Origin: Tubulanus polymorphus | Taxonomy: Eukaryota; Animalia; Nemertea | Length of the DNA: 64,000 bases | Assembly: GCF_964204645.1 (NCBI RefSeq) | Contig: NC_134027.1 | Coordinates: 5,178,485 to 5,242,484 of the forward strand | Direction: 5' to 3' | Part shown: positions 1 to 11,500 of the stretch, in pieces | Layout: each line of letters starts with the position of its first letter | Position numbering within the stretch: the first letter of the stretch is position 1 | The notes under the pieces: model-generated | What the model saw: only the letters and a program-made list of their open reading frames with translations | Told to the model about the DNA's origin: nothing | Databases searched by the model: none | Translations under genes and position numbers: made by a program

Positions 1-118
1 AATGCATTCAAATAAATAATCGATACTAATATTTTTCATCGTCAAAGCTCAATAATTACACTTCAGAGATATTCTCCCCTGAAACCGGTCTTAACTGGTT
101 AGTGGTGAACAATTGCAA

Positions 119-2746
119 TCATACTATTTCCTGATGTATGCGACTAACCTTATCTTTCACAATATTCCTCTTGAAAGTTTGATCTCTAACTTCCCTTTGC
201 CACAACTTGGTCTTTGATTCAGTACTTCCACTGAGTTCTATCATTGAAGGACTTCGAAGAAATTTCATTAGCATAGTATCTTCCATACTATCATCAGTAA
301 CTCCAGTAGCTTCCAGCTTCTTTGGTTCTTCAGTTTTCAATTCATTGAACCTTTTGATGATGTCCCTCATTGAAACATCTGGTAACTCAACTAAATTCCT
401 TTTACTTTTCTTCGCTTTTTTTGACTGTGCTAAAGGCTCACTTTTAATGTCCTTTTCATTAGACACTTTAGAATTTCTAGGTGAAGCAGTGCTTTTCTCT
501 TTACAATCAGCTGCACTGCATCCTTGAACTGTTGTTTTGTAATTCAAGTTTTTACTGGTAGCACCGCAAGTGTCTTTTCCCTGCTTCCGCATCAATGTAG
601 AATTGTCCTTGTGGACAGTTACTTCAGCTGGAGGTATAGCATTTTCTGGATCACCAGGTTTAGGCCGAGGAAATCTTATTGAATACGTCAAATTCTCTTC
701 ACCATTTTCCGCCACAAATGAAAGAATTCTATCTGATCCAGTTTCATCGATAGCAATATGGACTATCTTATAATCATCAGGCAGAATACCAGCAGGTAAG
801 AATGACCTCACTGTAACTTCTAGGTCCTCTAAATCCTTTTTGTGTTTATTCTTCGAACCGCGTTTGTGTTTCTTCTGCGTGTATTGTTGTTGTCCATCTG
901 GAACATGTGAGCACTTTGAATCGTCACAACATTCCGTGGTAATGAACTCAGAAAATTTGGAATTGTACGTTATTTCATCTAGCTGAGCCTGCAGATCTGG
1001 ATCATGATCAATAAGTACTTTAGCTTGTCCAGTTCTTGTTTTATCAACTGCTGATGATTTACCAGACGTGGTTTGCTGCTGTTTATGTGAAAGCCAGTAT
1101 GGCTCTACATATTTCGCTTCAGTCGTATTCGGATGTTCGATGTCATAATTATCTTTTGGATCGACATACTTTTTTGCAAAAATGATAAACTGCATATACT
1201 GATCTTTAGTAAGGCCATCACGCCAGTCCTTCTTCTTGTCCCAATTTTTAATAAACAAGGGATTTTTGCTGTCAAAAAACATTCGAGGATTCCCCTGACT
1301 CCAACCTTCAAGAAAACAAGGCCCACTTGGTGAACCATTACGCAACTCCTCTTTGTAACGAATTGCACCATCTTTGGCCAAGTCAAAATATCGGGAAAGA
1401 TACGATGTCCATTCAGGATGTAATGTTTTTGGTTCATTATTTAATCCACCACAAAAGCTGTCGTCATCACATTCTTCAGCATCAATCCATGTTCGAAGAC
1501 ATGCAATACTAGCTCCTCCAAACTTCAGGTATAGCGGTAGATATATATAGACCTGTATTAAAGGGGTAAATAGAATTTGAAATAAATCCAGTTCCCTACA
1601 AGATTTTACAATTTCGTCAAATTTCTTCCAGTCTCCAAGATTTCGTCATCTGACTTAAACTAGAACCTACTTTTACATAAGAAGACCTTTCAGTAGCTGG
1701 ACCAAATAAATTCCGGAATGTTTCCCTTTAAGAAATATAGAATATACTTGAGATTTGCGAATTGATTTTCTTTTTCACTTCATGAAGTCGCATTTCAAAA
1801 TGGAAATTATCAGTGTAACATAAAAGCAGCGACAATATAGGCATATCTCACCTTGTATCCTTGTAATAAAACGGATCCTTCGCTGCAATAAATAAACCTT
1901 ATGATAAAACAAATTGGACAGAATTTTACCTTTTCTTCAATATGTATAACTAAAACTCACCAAATGATTTTGATTCCAAATATTGAATCATATGTCTGTA
2001 CTGAGCAACTAATACAATATCCATAATCAAATTCTTTGCCATATTTGGTTTGCCTAAAATTTGTAGAAGGAAGTGGCTTATATTTAGGTCTATAAAGAAA
2101 GCATAGGCATATCGTACCATAAAATTACCTTCAATGAATTGTTTGGTGATGAAAGCAAAAAACTCATCAATCAATTGCTCGTAATGTTCAGGCTTTCCAG
2201 GGTACTCTTTAACCGGACCAAACTCCATCGTGAATGAGCGAAAACATATAACAAACTGTTTCCAAAATTTCTTTCCCTGAAAAAGCAAACCATTTGAATT
2301 CATTCATGTATCAAGAAAGTCAGCCGGGAAGAATCATAGGCCTAGTAGATAGTTAGTTATAGACATAGAAAGGGTCATAAAGTAGGTACATACCTGATCA
2401 ATCCACATACGTCGAAAAGTATCTTTATGCCTGAGGAAGTATTCATAGTCATGTGGACTAAAGTCATTGCCAAACATAGCAAAATCATCATCAGTTAAAC
2501 GAATCTTTCTCATTCTAATTACAGCACTAACAGCAAAACCTACAGTCAAAACACAGTGTGTAAAATTAAATTCGATTCTGAATTGAAGAAATTGTGATTA
2601 ATGTCGATTATGATCATCAGTTAATTTTGTGTACTTGCGAGATAAAATTCATGAACACGTTATGAGAATTGGGACTAAACCTACTTGAGATTTATAGTAT
2701 CTAAATCACAAATCCTTGAGACGAGTGAGACGTGTATTTCAAACAT
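119..2746 (-). CDS. Uncharacterised spliced protein, ~672 aa (aromatic-rich N-terminal half, Lys/Ser/acidic low-complexity C-terminal half)
   Basis: Phase-consistent GT-AG exons: 2746-2685 (tentative), 2514-2394, 2276-1961, 1882-1852, 1725-1671, 1552-119; 2019 nt in total. They join track ORFs 2334-2549, 1950-2303 and 119-1381 into one frame (MFEIHVSLVSRICDLDTINLK-MRKIRL...MWIDQ-GKKFW...SKSF-AKDPFYYKDT-RETFRNLFGPATERSSYVK-VYIYLPLYLKFGG...LAKDGAIRY...). An extra terminal intron 148-79 (AAG|GTTAGT, ACTAAC branch, TTTCAG) could instead end the protein at 49 (GRISLKCNY*). Confidence 0.8.
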
Positions 2747-2790
2747 GCGCCGCAAGAAAATTGATTGATATGAATTGAGCTCCACAATGA

Positions 2791-2814
2791 TGGGAATTCC
2801 CACGGGATATCCCA
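2791..2814. promoter_or_regulatory. Palindromic motif cluster in the divergent intergenic spacer
   Basis: TGGGAATTCCCA (2791-2802) and GGGATATCCC (2804-2813) are both perfect palindromes matching the kappaB consensus GGGRNNYYCC. The overlapping ATTCCCACGGGAT matches the COE/EBF consensus TCCCNNGGGA. Function is inferred only. Confidence 0.35.
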
Positions 2815-2885
2815 ATTCAATTCAATCAAGAGGAATCCCTATTTTATTCACTATCCATCTCTACCTTGCAGAAAAGGTATTGATA

Positions 2886-4085
2886 ATGTCATCAAGCTCT
2901 AGCGTTTGGAGCGAAGTGATACCCGATGATCTGCTGGTGCATATATTTTTGTGTCTACCGTTGCAAGACCGTATTCAGAGTAGTTACGTGTGTAAGAGAT
3001 GGTATGATTGCTTTCAATCCGTGTATCTCTGGCAGCACTTCAATTTCAACTTCTTTACGCAAACAGACCGTAAACTCATCCGCTGTAGTAATCAATTATG
3101 CGAACGACTTCAATCAGTCTGTATCACGCTAAACCCTGGTGAAGAATACAATCGCCAAAATGCTGTCGATCTAATAATGAAATTGGCATCCACCGAAAAA
3201 CGTCGTTTGAAAGCGATAACGATTATATTCAGAGGTGACAACCCGCTATTCTATGCTGGAAAAGAATTCTGTATGGCATTGTCTCAGCTATTTCAGCCAA
3301 TGAACAACGGTCTATTACCGGTTGAACAATTGAAGCATGTTGATTTTAGCGGTTTGACAGTTGCATATGACGATTCCGTTATGGATGTTCTTGCAAAAAA
3401 CCATCCGAACATCGAATTTCTGAATCTACAAAACCGAAATCTGTTGACATTAGTCTCACCGACTTGCATGTGTGGATTAGTTATTAAGTGTCGAAAACTA
3501 AAAGACTTGCGAATATTCTACGGAAGTTTGAGCGAAGCTATTTTGGATGCTCTCGGGGAAGACGACCGTACTCCGCTAGAATTCCTTAGTCTTTCGTGTC
3601 GACGAACCGAAAAATACGGCACAGAAATTCCGTCAGAATCATGGAAGAAAGTTACGAAGCAATTGCCCAAGTTAAGAATAGGACTAGTATTTGACGCAAC
3701 TGTTCCTGTTCATAAAATGTGGGAGATAATGAAAACTGAGCTACCTCTTTCATTTGTAAGATTCGATACTTTTACCGATCTCATACAAGAAATTAACTTT
3801 GTAGCGGAGAATTATCATAGGTATTTAGAGAAAATATCCATCAACACAACGTCCAGCTCAATTTTGGATAAAGCTTTAATTAAACTTGCTGCATGTTGTG
3901 AAAGATTAACTGTATTGTATGTATTCTGTGTGGTCAGCCAGGAAACAATTGATCAGATTCTAACTGTTTGTCCGAGTCTGAGAAAATCTGGTAACTTTCT
4001 ATTGAAAGCTGTGAAAGAAACTCATCCTTGGGGCGACCCACGTGAAATTGAACGATTATTTGTTTATCATAGGCTTAAATCATAA
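2886..4085 (+). CDS. FBXL8: F-box/LRR-repeat protein 8-like, 399 aa, single coding exon
   Basis: N-terminal F-box (IPDDLLVHIFLCLPLQDRIQSSYVCKRW) followed by LRR-like repeats. The motifs RGDNPLFYAG, LSEAILDAL..DDR.P, FCVVS and KETHPW match those I recall from vertebrate FBXL8 (RGEKPLFDAG, FCVVS, REPHPW). ATG 2886 was chosen because it sits just before the F-box. Confidence 0.9.
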   Translation: MSSSSSVWSEVIPDDLLVHIFLCLPLQDRIQSSYVCKRWYDCFQSVYLWQHFNFNFFTQTDRKLIRCSNQLCERLQSVCITLNPGEEYNRQNAVDLIMKLASTEKRRLKAITIIFRGDNPLFYAGKEFCMALSQLFQPMNNGLLPVEQLKHVDFSGLTVAYDDSVMDVLAKNHPNIEFLNLQNRNLLTLVSPTCMCGLVIKCRKLKDLRIFYGSLSEAILDALGEDDRTPLEFLSLSCRRTEKYGTEIPSESWKKVTKQLPKLRIGLVFDATVPVHKMWEIMKTELPLSFVRFDTFTDLIQEINFVAENYHRYLEKISINTTSSSILDKALIKLAACCERLTVLYVFCVVSQETIDQILTVCPSLRKSGNFLLKAVKETHPWGDPREIERLFVYHRLKS

Positions 4086-7000
4086 CTGCATTCGTTGCTA
4101 TGCTAATTTGTACTAGGCCCATGTACTATTGTAGCTCAAGAGAAAATGTGCATATGATTGTGTCTTTTTGTCACAAAATGGCACTTCACAGCAGATATGC
4201 TTTGTTTCATATACATTTTAGATTTCATTGAGAATTAGTAATTTATGCCTACTATTTATTAAAGCTCACAAATGGTGCTACACTTCGGTAGTTGTTTATA
4301 TGACACGTTTTTCTGCTTTTCACAAACTATTTTTACAGCAAAGTTTACCTCTAATTGTTATGATTATTAAATCTATTGCTAATCACACAAATTGAGATTC
4401 TTATTTATTCATTAAATTCATCCGAGTTGAAATTTGTTCTTTCTTTTTTGTTTTTTAATGAGGCATGCGATGAGTTTGGAGTCTTAATTGAAAGATCAAA
4501 TAGCTACCACATCAATTGTTATAGTGCCATTGTTAAATTGTTTGAAGAAGCCCGATAACAAATGAGTAGACGAATCTAATTGGTAACATTTTGAGGAACA
4601 GCCGTCATTGTTTTGTGATCTGATATTCATCCTAATGAGCTTCATCAATTCATCATTAAACCAACTTCACAGACCTAGGAAAGCTACAAACCCTTTCCAT
4701 ATTCTATGTAGGTTTGTGCATGGATAATTAACATTTTGAGAAACTGGCAGATTTCTATTTCCCTGTGTCCAATGATGAATTTCTGAGATAAGTCATATAA
4801 AAAGATGCCGTACGATTTTGAACAGCCTCAGTTGCAATGATAGACAAACAACCAAGCATTTTACAGAAGAATGTTTTTTATTATGCTTTTTTCACCACTT
4901 TTACTAACAGCAAAATCTCAATATTTACATACCGTAAATAGTTATTTACATTCTCATCAAAATTCTGTTTGTTACTTATTTACAAAATGGTGATTGTGCA
5001 AGCTTTCTTTCTCTTATGACGTAATGGAAAGATTTATCAATTAACTAACATCAGCCGATCATGAAACCTTTCGAAGTTTTGAATTTAATACGTATTTGTT
5101 ACCAAATGGTAAATTGAAGAAATACATTTCTATTCCGTAGATCTAACTATCATGATTGAATTGTTACGTTGTGGTATATTTTTCCTGAACTATAAGCTGA
5201 TGTTACATATTTGATGGAAATCTTTTCATGTCTATTTGAGATTACCTTTGTAGTTAAATTTCATTGACAGAGAGTGAGATACATACTCTAATAATACAAA
5301 CATAGAAAACTACAAATTTTTTTTAATCTATATAAAGTTTGTTCAGTATGAAATATTTATGTGAGTAAGTTTGAACTATAGAAATGTACGTAAAGTTAAG
5401 ATTATTATTATGTGAGATTCTTTTATTATATAAAATCTGGTCAGTTGTTGAGATTCTTTATCATGATTGAGACCAAAATATAATTCTTTCTTTTTTTTTA
5501 AGTCCAGAGAGCAGTAGACATGTTTGATTTGTTCATGTCCCAAAAGACGTAACTTATATTCTACAACACTTTTGGCATGTAACAACATTATATGAAAGCC
5601 ACATATAGAAATTTCCACAAAAAGCACAATTCAACTGACCGATCTTATATTACGGGATTTATAACAACAAAGATATCTTAAGTTGAGGCATAACCATTTT
5701 ATCTGGACCTCTGTCATGGATAGTGGGCCAACCTCAAACTAATTCCCACAAATGCTTAACACTAAAATCCATACATCAAGAAATATGTATCTTAAATAGT
5801 TCAGTGCAACAGATAGAGGGAGGATACATGGACTTCTATCTTGGTAATTTTAGTTGTACATGTACAAACTTTTCAAAACGAAGCAAGCCCAATGGATAGA
5901 AATAAAGATTTCCAAGGTGAGATTTAATTTTCAATTCACCAGGTATCTTCTTTAACCAGTCCTTATAATCCAACAAAAAACAACCCTATTGTGTGGAGTC
6001 GCAACACTGCAGTAGACGCAGCTGCTGCAACTATACAACTGCAACCTAAAAGACCTTGATTATCATTTGCTTCATTGTTTTCAACGTGAACATTAATTTT
6101 ACCCTGTTCAAAATCCGGGGACGATCTGATCGTCATGGAATCCATTATCCAATCAACAATGCTATATACCCTGTAATGAGATCCGGGTCTCAAAAACGAA
6201 CATTGTTTGACAGATTTAACATCATCATCTTATACATTTACAGTTATTTATGAAGACATAATAAAACATCAACAGACTGACTTCTTGATAATTCAATGCT
6301 ATCTAGCATTTCATTACAATGTTTTTTACTTGAGCCTCAACTTAAAAATGCCACATTCATGACTTCATGTCAACTGAAATTAATCATAACCAGTGTTATT
6401 CGAAACATCTTAATCTTGATTATCTCCTCAGAAACAAGTTCCAGCACTCCCCTTATGAAAGTCAAGTACTCAAATTCTAGCTATCACTGGCACAAATGCA
6501 GCCTAAAACACAATGCTCAAGTAAATAATTTAACATTGACTATTAATGCAAAAGTGCCAAAATTATGATAAACATTGAACCATTAACATGAAATTGACAC
6601 AATGAAGCAGAAAAATACATAATTTAAGCAATAGCAGTGAGAGTTAACCCTGTATTTTAAAGCTCTCCGGGATTTAAAACAATACAATTTGTATATAAGC
6701 ACATTACTCTTAAAATATACATGTTAAGGTCACCTAATACATGAAGACCATAGATAGATTATCACAAATATAAATAATAGTATTATCATCATAATGACAT
6801 AAGATTAAAACGAAACTGCATGGTGTAAAAAAATCTGCACCAGTTTAAAGAGGATTGATTACCACAGTATATCCTATGTACAAACTAACTGTCATGGTCA
6901 CTGGCTAAATTTACAGGATCATAAACCTTACATACCGGTAAGTCCCAGTTGGAAGCAGCCAATTTTTCTGAATTTCGAAATTGAAAATCAACTGCAAGAA

Positions 7001-8575
7001 TCATTAGAATGAAACAAGTCACAAAATATAACAATATTTGGTTTTTCCAGATACTTTGGTCTGACCTGTCTGACTGAAAAAAGCTAATATGCTCTTACTT
7101 TCAGAAATACCAATAAAAGCTATGATTTAAAAAAATCTCTAAGTATGAGAGACATTTCTCAATGATAAATACTTGCATTACAATATACAAACGAATATTG
7201 CACCAACTTCACACTTTGAAGCCATTTTAAAGACAACAGTAGACATACTTAAATTATTTACAAAATTAAGAAATTGATTTTTTCAGAGATCTTTCAATTT
7301 TCATATTTTTTTCTATGCACTTTCATTTGGACTTTTTGAATTTGCACTTATTTTTAAACAATGGAATGACAAAAATTTAAATGACACCAACAACTTTTTA
7401 TCAATGATTGACATTATTTCTTAATTCCAATATCAATTCCTCTGTTGATCTGAATCTGATCTGAAGAAAGCTTCTTCATTGGAATTGATTAACCAGGCAT
7501 ATCTATTTATCTGGTCATCTAAATTTCCTAGTTTTCTATGAATGAATGTAAGACACTGATGCACCAGAGCAGTAACAACACAACATTGTCTATAGAAAAA
7601 CAGTTAATATTTCATTCAACAAACTTTTCACGAGATGATTGCCAATTTTAATAGAATATTTGGTTACATATTGAGCTAGGTTTGAGCAACATTTCAGGAC
7701 GACGAGAGCAACGCCCTTTAGTGGACCACAGAGAACCATACTGGACTGTGTTTTACAAAGCAGTTTCAACTTATCCCTGTGTTATCTAAAACGATCATTT
7801 ATGCAGGTCTGAAACCTTCCCCATTTCTGCGTATCTGTTAATCACACAAACTCGTCTCCCCCAGGTTCGACTAACATTGCCGCTTTGAAAAGACAGCCCA
7901 GATCTGTATTGTTCATTGTTTATGGTATATTACTTACAAAAAGCTGCTTTTATTGCCTTAATGTCTTAGTGAAACTTTCTCCTCTAGTTTTTGGCAAAGA
8001 AAAGAACATCACTTCCAGGAACATCTATGTTCAACAGTGGAACTCAAAACAAATTACCCAAGCGAGCAATAAGTAGTTTGAAATGTTGCAAATTTTATTT
8101 CTTAGACATTAAAATCCTAAGAGAACTACCAGCAGCAGATATAAATCGTTTACACTTCCAATGTTGGATGCCAGAAGAAAATCTTGAATTAGGTTTCCCT
8201 AAATTAAATTCCATTGTTATACAAGGAATGCAGGTCTACCAACATTCTAAACACCATGGACACATATTCATCGGTATATGGGCACTGGCTCGATACATCT
8301 TGGCCAAAGTTTTATCAACTAACCCTGACAGGATGATGACGCTCAATTTATCCAGACATCTCACAATCACAACCATTTCATCCATAATTGAACTGTAAGG
8401 ACTTGCTCCTCTACTGAACACATTGCCCATTTTATATACTGGATTAGATGGTTTTGCATGATCCGCAAAAATATGATCTTTGATCATATAAGATGATGCA
8501 CCCATATGCCTGACACTAGAGGGTATGATTGTATATGAAAAATGATATAGCTATAAAATGGTAGGTAGCCAATTC

Positions 8576-11500
8576 CTATCTGTTGATGACGACATAGAAC
8601 AGCATTATCACAAATGAAAGATGGAATAGATGAGTTGATGACATGTAAACGCTGCTAGCAGAAGATGCTGTTTTAACATAAGTTGTTTGAACTTCAGCGG
8701 CCAATAAGGGCGCTAATGAAACGTCTAATGTTAACGTTGGACTAGATAGTTCTATTAATGAACTGATTCTCTGTGCTTCTTGATTACAGGCCTCAACCTG
8801 AAAATGTAAAAAATTGATGTTTTCCATTAATTGGCAAATTTCCTTAAAATTGATTATTTTACGCAATATACTCGATGAGCAATGTAATTTACCTGTAATG
8901 GAGTTGGATTCTGTGTGATAGGAACAACTACAATCACTATTTCATCCTCAATACTCATATATGTGAATGGTTCACATTCTAGAGTTGTAATCTGGTGCTG
9001 TAATGATGTTGTTATATTCTGCACCGTGATTGGTGGAAGTCGAGCTGTTTGCGCTATTTCAATTGCAGATTTCTTATTATAAAGCACTCTCACCACACCA
9101 CCTACAACAAAACCTGACTCTATGACTGAATTGATAAGAGGAACATCTCAATAGTTTAAAATATCACTTACCACAAATAGGACAACAGCCACCAGGGGGT
9201 GTTACTCCTTTACACTCGTCCACTTTAATCAGAGGACACTTAACCCCTCTACACTTGTAACGTCCCATAGTACTATAATATTGCCCAACAGTTTTACATG
9301 CTCCTTCATAATCTACAGTTGTTCCACTCCCTAAAGCTGAACATTCATTTGGATAGGTTTCCCCATTGTGTCCGCACACGACAGTAGCCATATTACAGTG
9401 ATACTGTAAATAGATGAATCAGATATATGTTTCAAAGCAATGAACTTCCTCATGACTTCCTAAAAATTTCATCCGACAAATCTTACCCGACAGTGTCCTC
9501 TATATGCTGGTTGTCGACCTTGACTGATGAGCACGCAAAGGTTTGAATGTTCTTCACCCATTGTGTCACAAACCGGGTCATGATGATGAGGATTACACAT
9601 ACTTGATTGTACTGGAACTAAAAATCATAAGCAATTAACTTAAAAGTATTTTCATAGTATTTTCAAGTTGTTGAAGATAAACAATCTTATCTAGACCGAA
9701 GAGACATGATGAAGATAACCAACTTACTGCATTCATATTGACGACATTCTTTCACATTTGGACTCAAACATGTTTGTCGCCGAGCATAACATCTCTCTCC
9801 CAGTTTACACGGTTCTGAATCGCAAGGATTGTGATCCATGCATTCCCCAAATTTGAACTGAGCATTCGAGACACCAGCACATCGAGCTATACAAGCACTG
9901 GGATATGTGCGTCCATTATCACTACATACAGGAGCATACTGATGTGGACATTTACATGGCAACCCTGATAAAAAATCATAGAATATCCGTGAATTAATTC
10001 ATAATACAGATTGATAAGCAGGTAATATATCATCATATCAATACATATCAAAATATCTCATCTAAGTTAAATAAATGCATTAGCCACTTTGATGCCTACC
10101 TGTTGAACTGCTGACAGTGCCTTGGGTTCGTGTTACACCAGCGCATTCACGTTTACTGCGAATTATCTTACTATCGTGACAAATGAAGTGGTTACAACCT
10201 ACTTGGAAAAAGCTACCATGATCTATAGAAATAAGAAATATTGAACAGCATATAAATACGTATACAAAATTATCTAGTTAAGTTAGGCTATGCATATGAA
10301 AATACGTATTTTTTACCTTTATCAAATCCAGTTGTTTTTAAAAGGCAGCTGCGAGTCTTCTGGCAAGGCAAATCAATGCAGTGATTAAGTTTATTGCTGT
10401 GCCCACATTTACAAAGCTTGTAACATCCAGGGACTGAGGAAGGAACTGGTGTCAAGACGTAATTTCCTTTTGGTACATACATCTGGGACATACCACCAAC
10501 AGGACATCCTGGCACAAATCGAATGAAACAGTTCATTAGCTTCTACCGTTTAGTATTTTAAGGGCAAACTTGAATAATTTGATAACATCTTTCATGCTGA
10601 TAGACTTACCTGGTCTACATATATATGGTTTACAGTGAGATGGATGACGACACTTGCGTCTATTCACCAGACAAACATGTGAACTGGTACATGGATTCGG
10701 GTTGCACGGATGTGATACTTCTCGCCTTTCAAGAGATCGATCAGGACTGACAGCTAAAAAAAGACATAAAACTCACCATGAAAGTAAGCTATCGATATAT
10801 CACCAGATGTCCTTATTTCCATTTAAGATTTGCATGAGCAAACATATCACAAGATCTACTTACAGAGATATTGATAAAGTGAAACGCAAGGTGCATTATC
10901 ATCAACTGGTGCCAACATGTTACATAATGTCTCACTTTTATCGATGTTTTTTGAGTCAAGACATTGCTGCAAAACCTCCATACATGATGATCTGTAAGAA
11001 TCATTTGAAATAAAAAGCTTTCTGTAATGTCTGCTCTTTCAAATGCTATACAGAATAAATTACACCTCGTAAAATCTGTTATATTTTATATACTTACTTG
11101 CATAGTTTATTCGTTTGAGTACTACCATGACAAGGTTTCACTTGTAAAGCACATGTGATTGATTTCCATAATTCTGGTTTACATTTTTTCACATCTGAGG
11201 GTTCAGAAAAAAGGTAAAAATGAGAATAAGCGGATTGAAATATTCTGAAATGGTTTTTGAAAAATTTATTGACATACCCAGTGCAGGAACATGAATTTGT
11301 GGTAACGCAATTGAACCCATCTGCCACATTGCTGCAGTATTCCTAGCCTCTTTATCTGCCTGTGCATTGCAGCTTCGAAATAATTCCGTTGGGCGGTGGT
11401 TGAAATTATTACAATAATTCAACCCATCACACCCCATCTTACATGGACTTTCAACTACATGAAACATTTCAAATAATAGCTGTTAGAATCTTGAGAGTAT

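Noticed and set aside
2775-2885. N-terminal extension of the FBXL8 ORF (TTG 2775, ATG 2787)
   Set aside because: It lies within ~40 bp of the divergent ATG, covers promoter- and acceptor-like sequence, and does not resemble FBXL8.
7682-7702. TTGAGCAACATTTCAGG resembles miR-87
   Set aside because: There is no complementary arm upstream to form a precursor hairpin, and the 3' end diverges.
7885-8505. Overlapping ORFs of 63-135 aa just past the RECK stop codon
   Set aside because: No recognisable motifs or consistent splice chain; most simply RECK 3'UTR.
9186-9204. CTCF-like motif CAGCCACCAGGGGGTGTTA
   Set aside because: Fully explained by the codons for the conserved TPPGGCC in a RECK exon.
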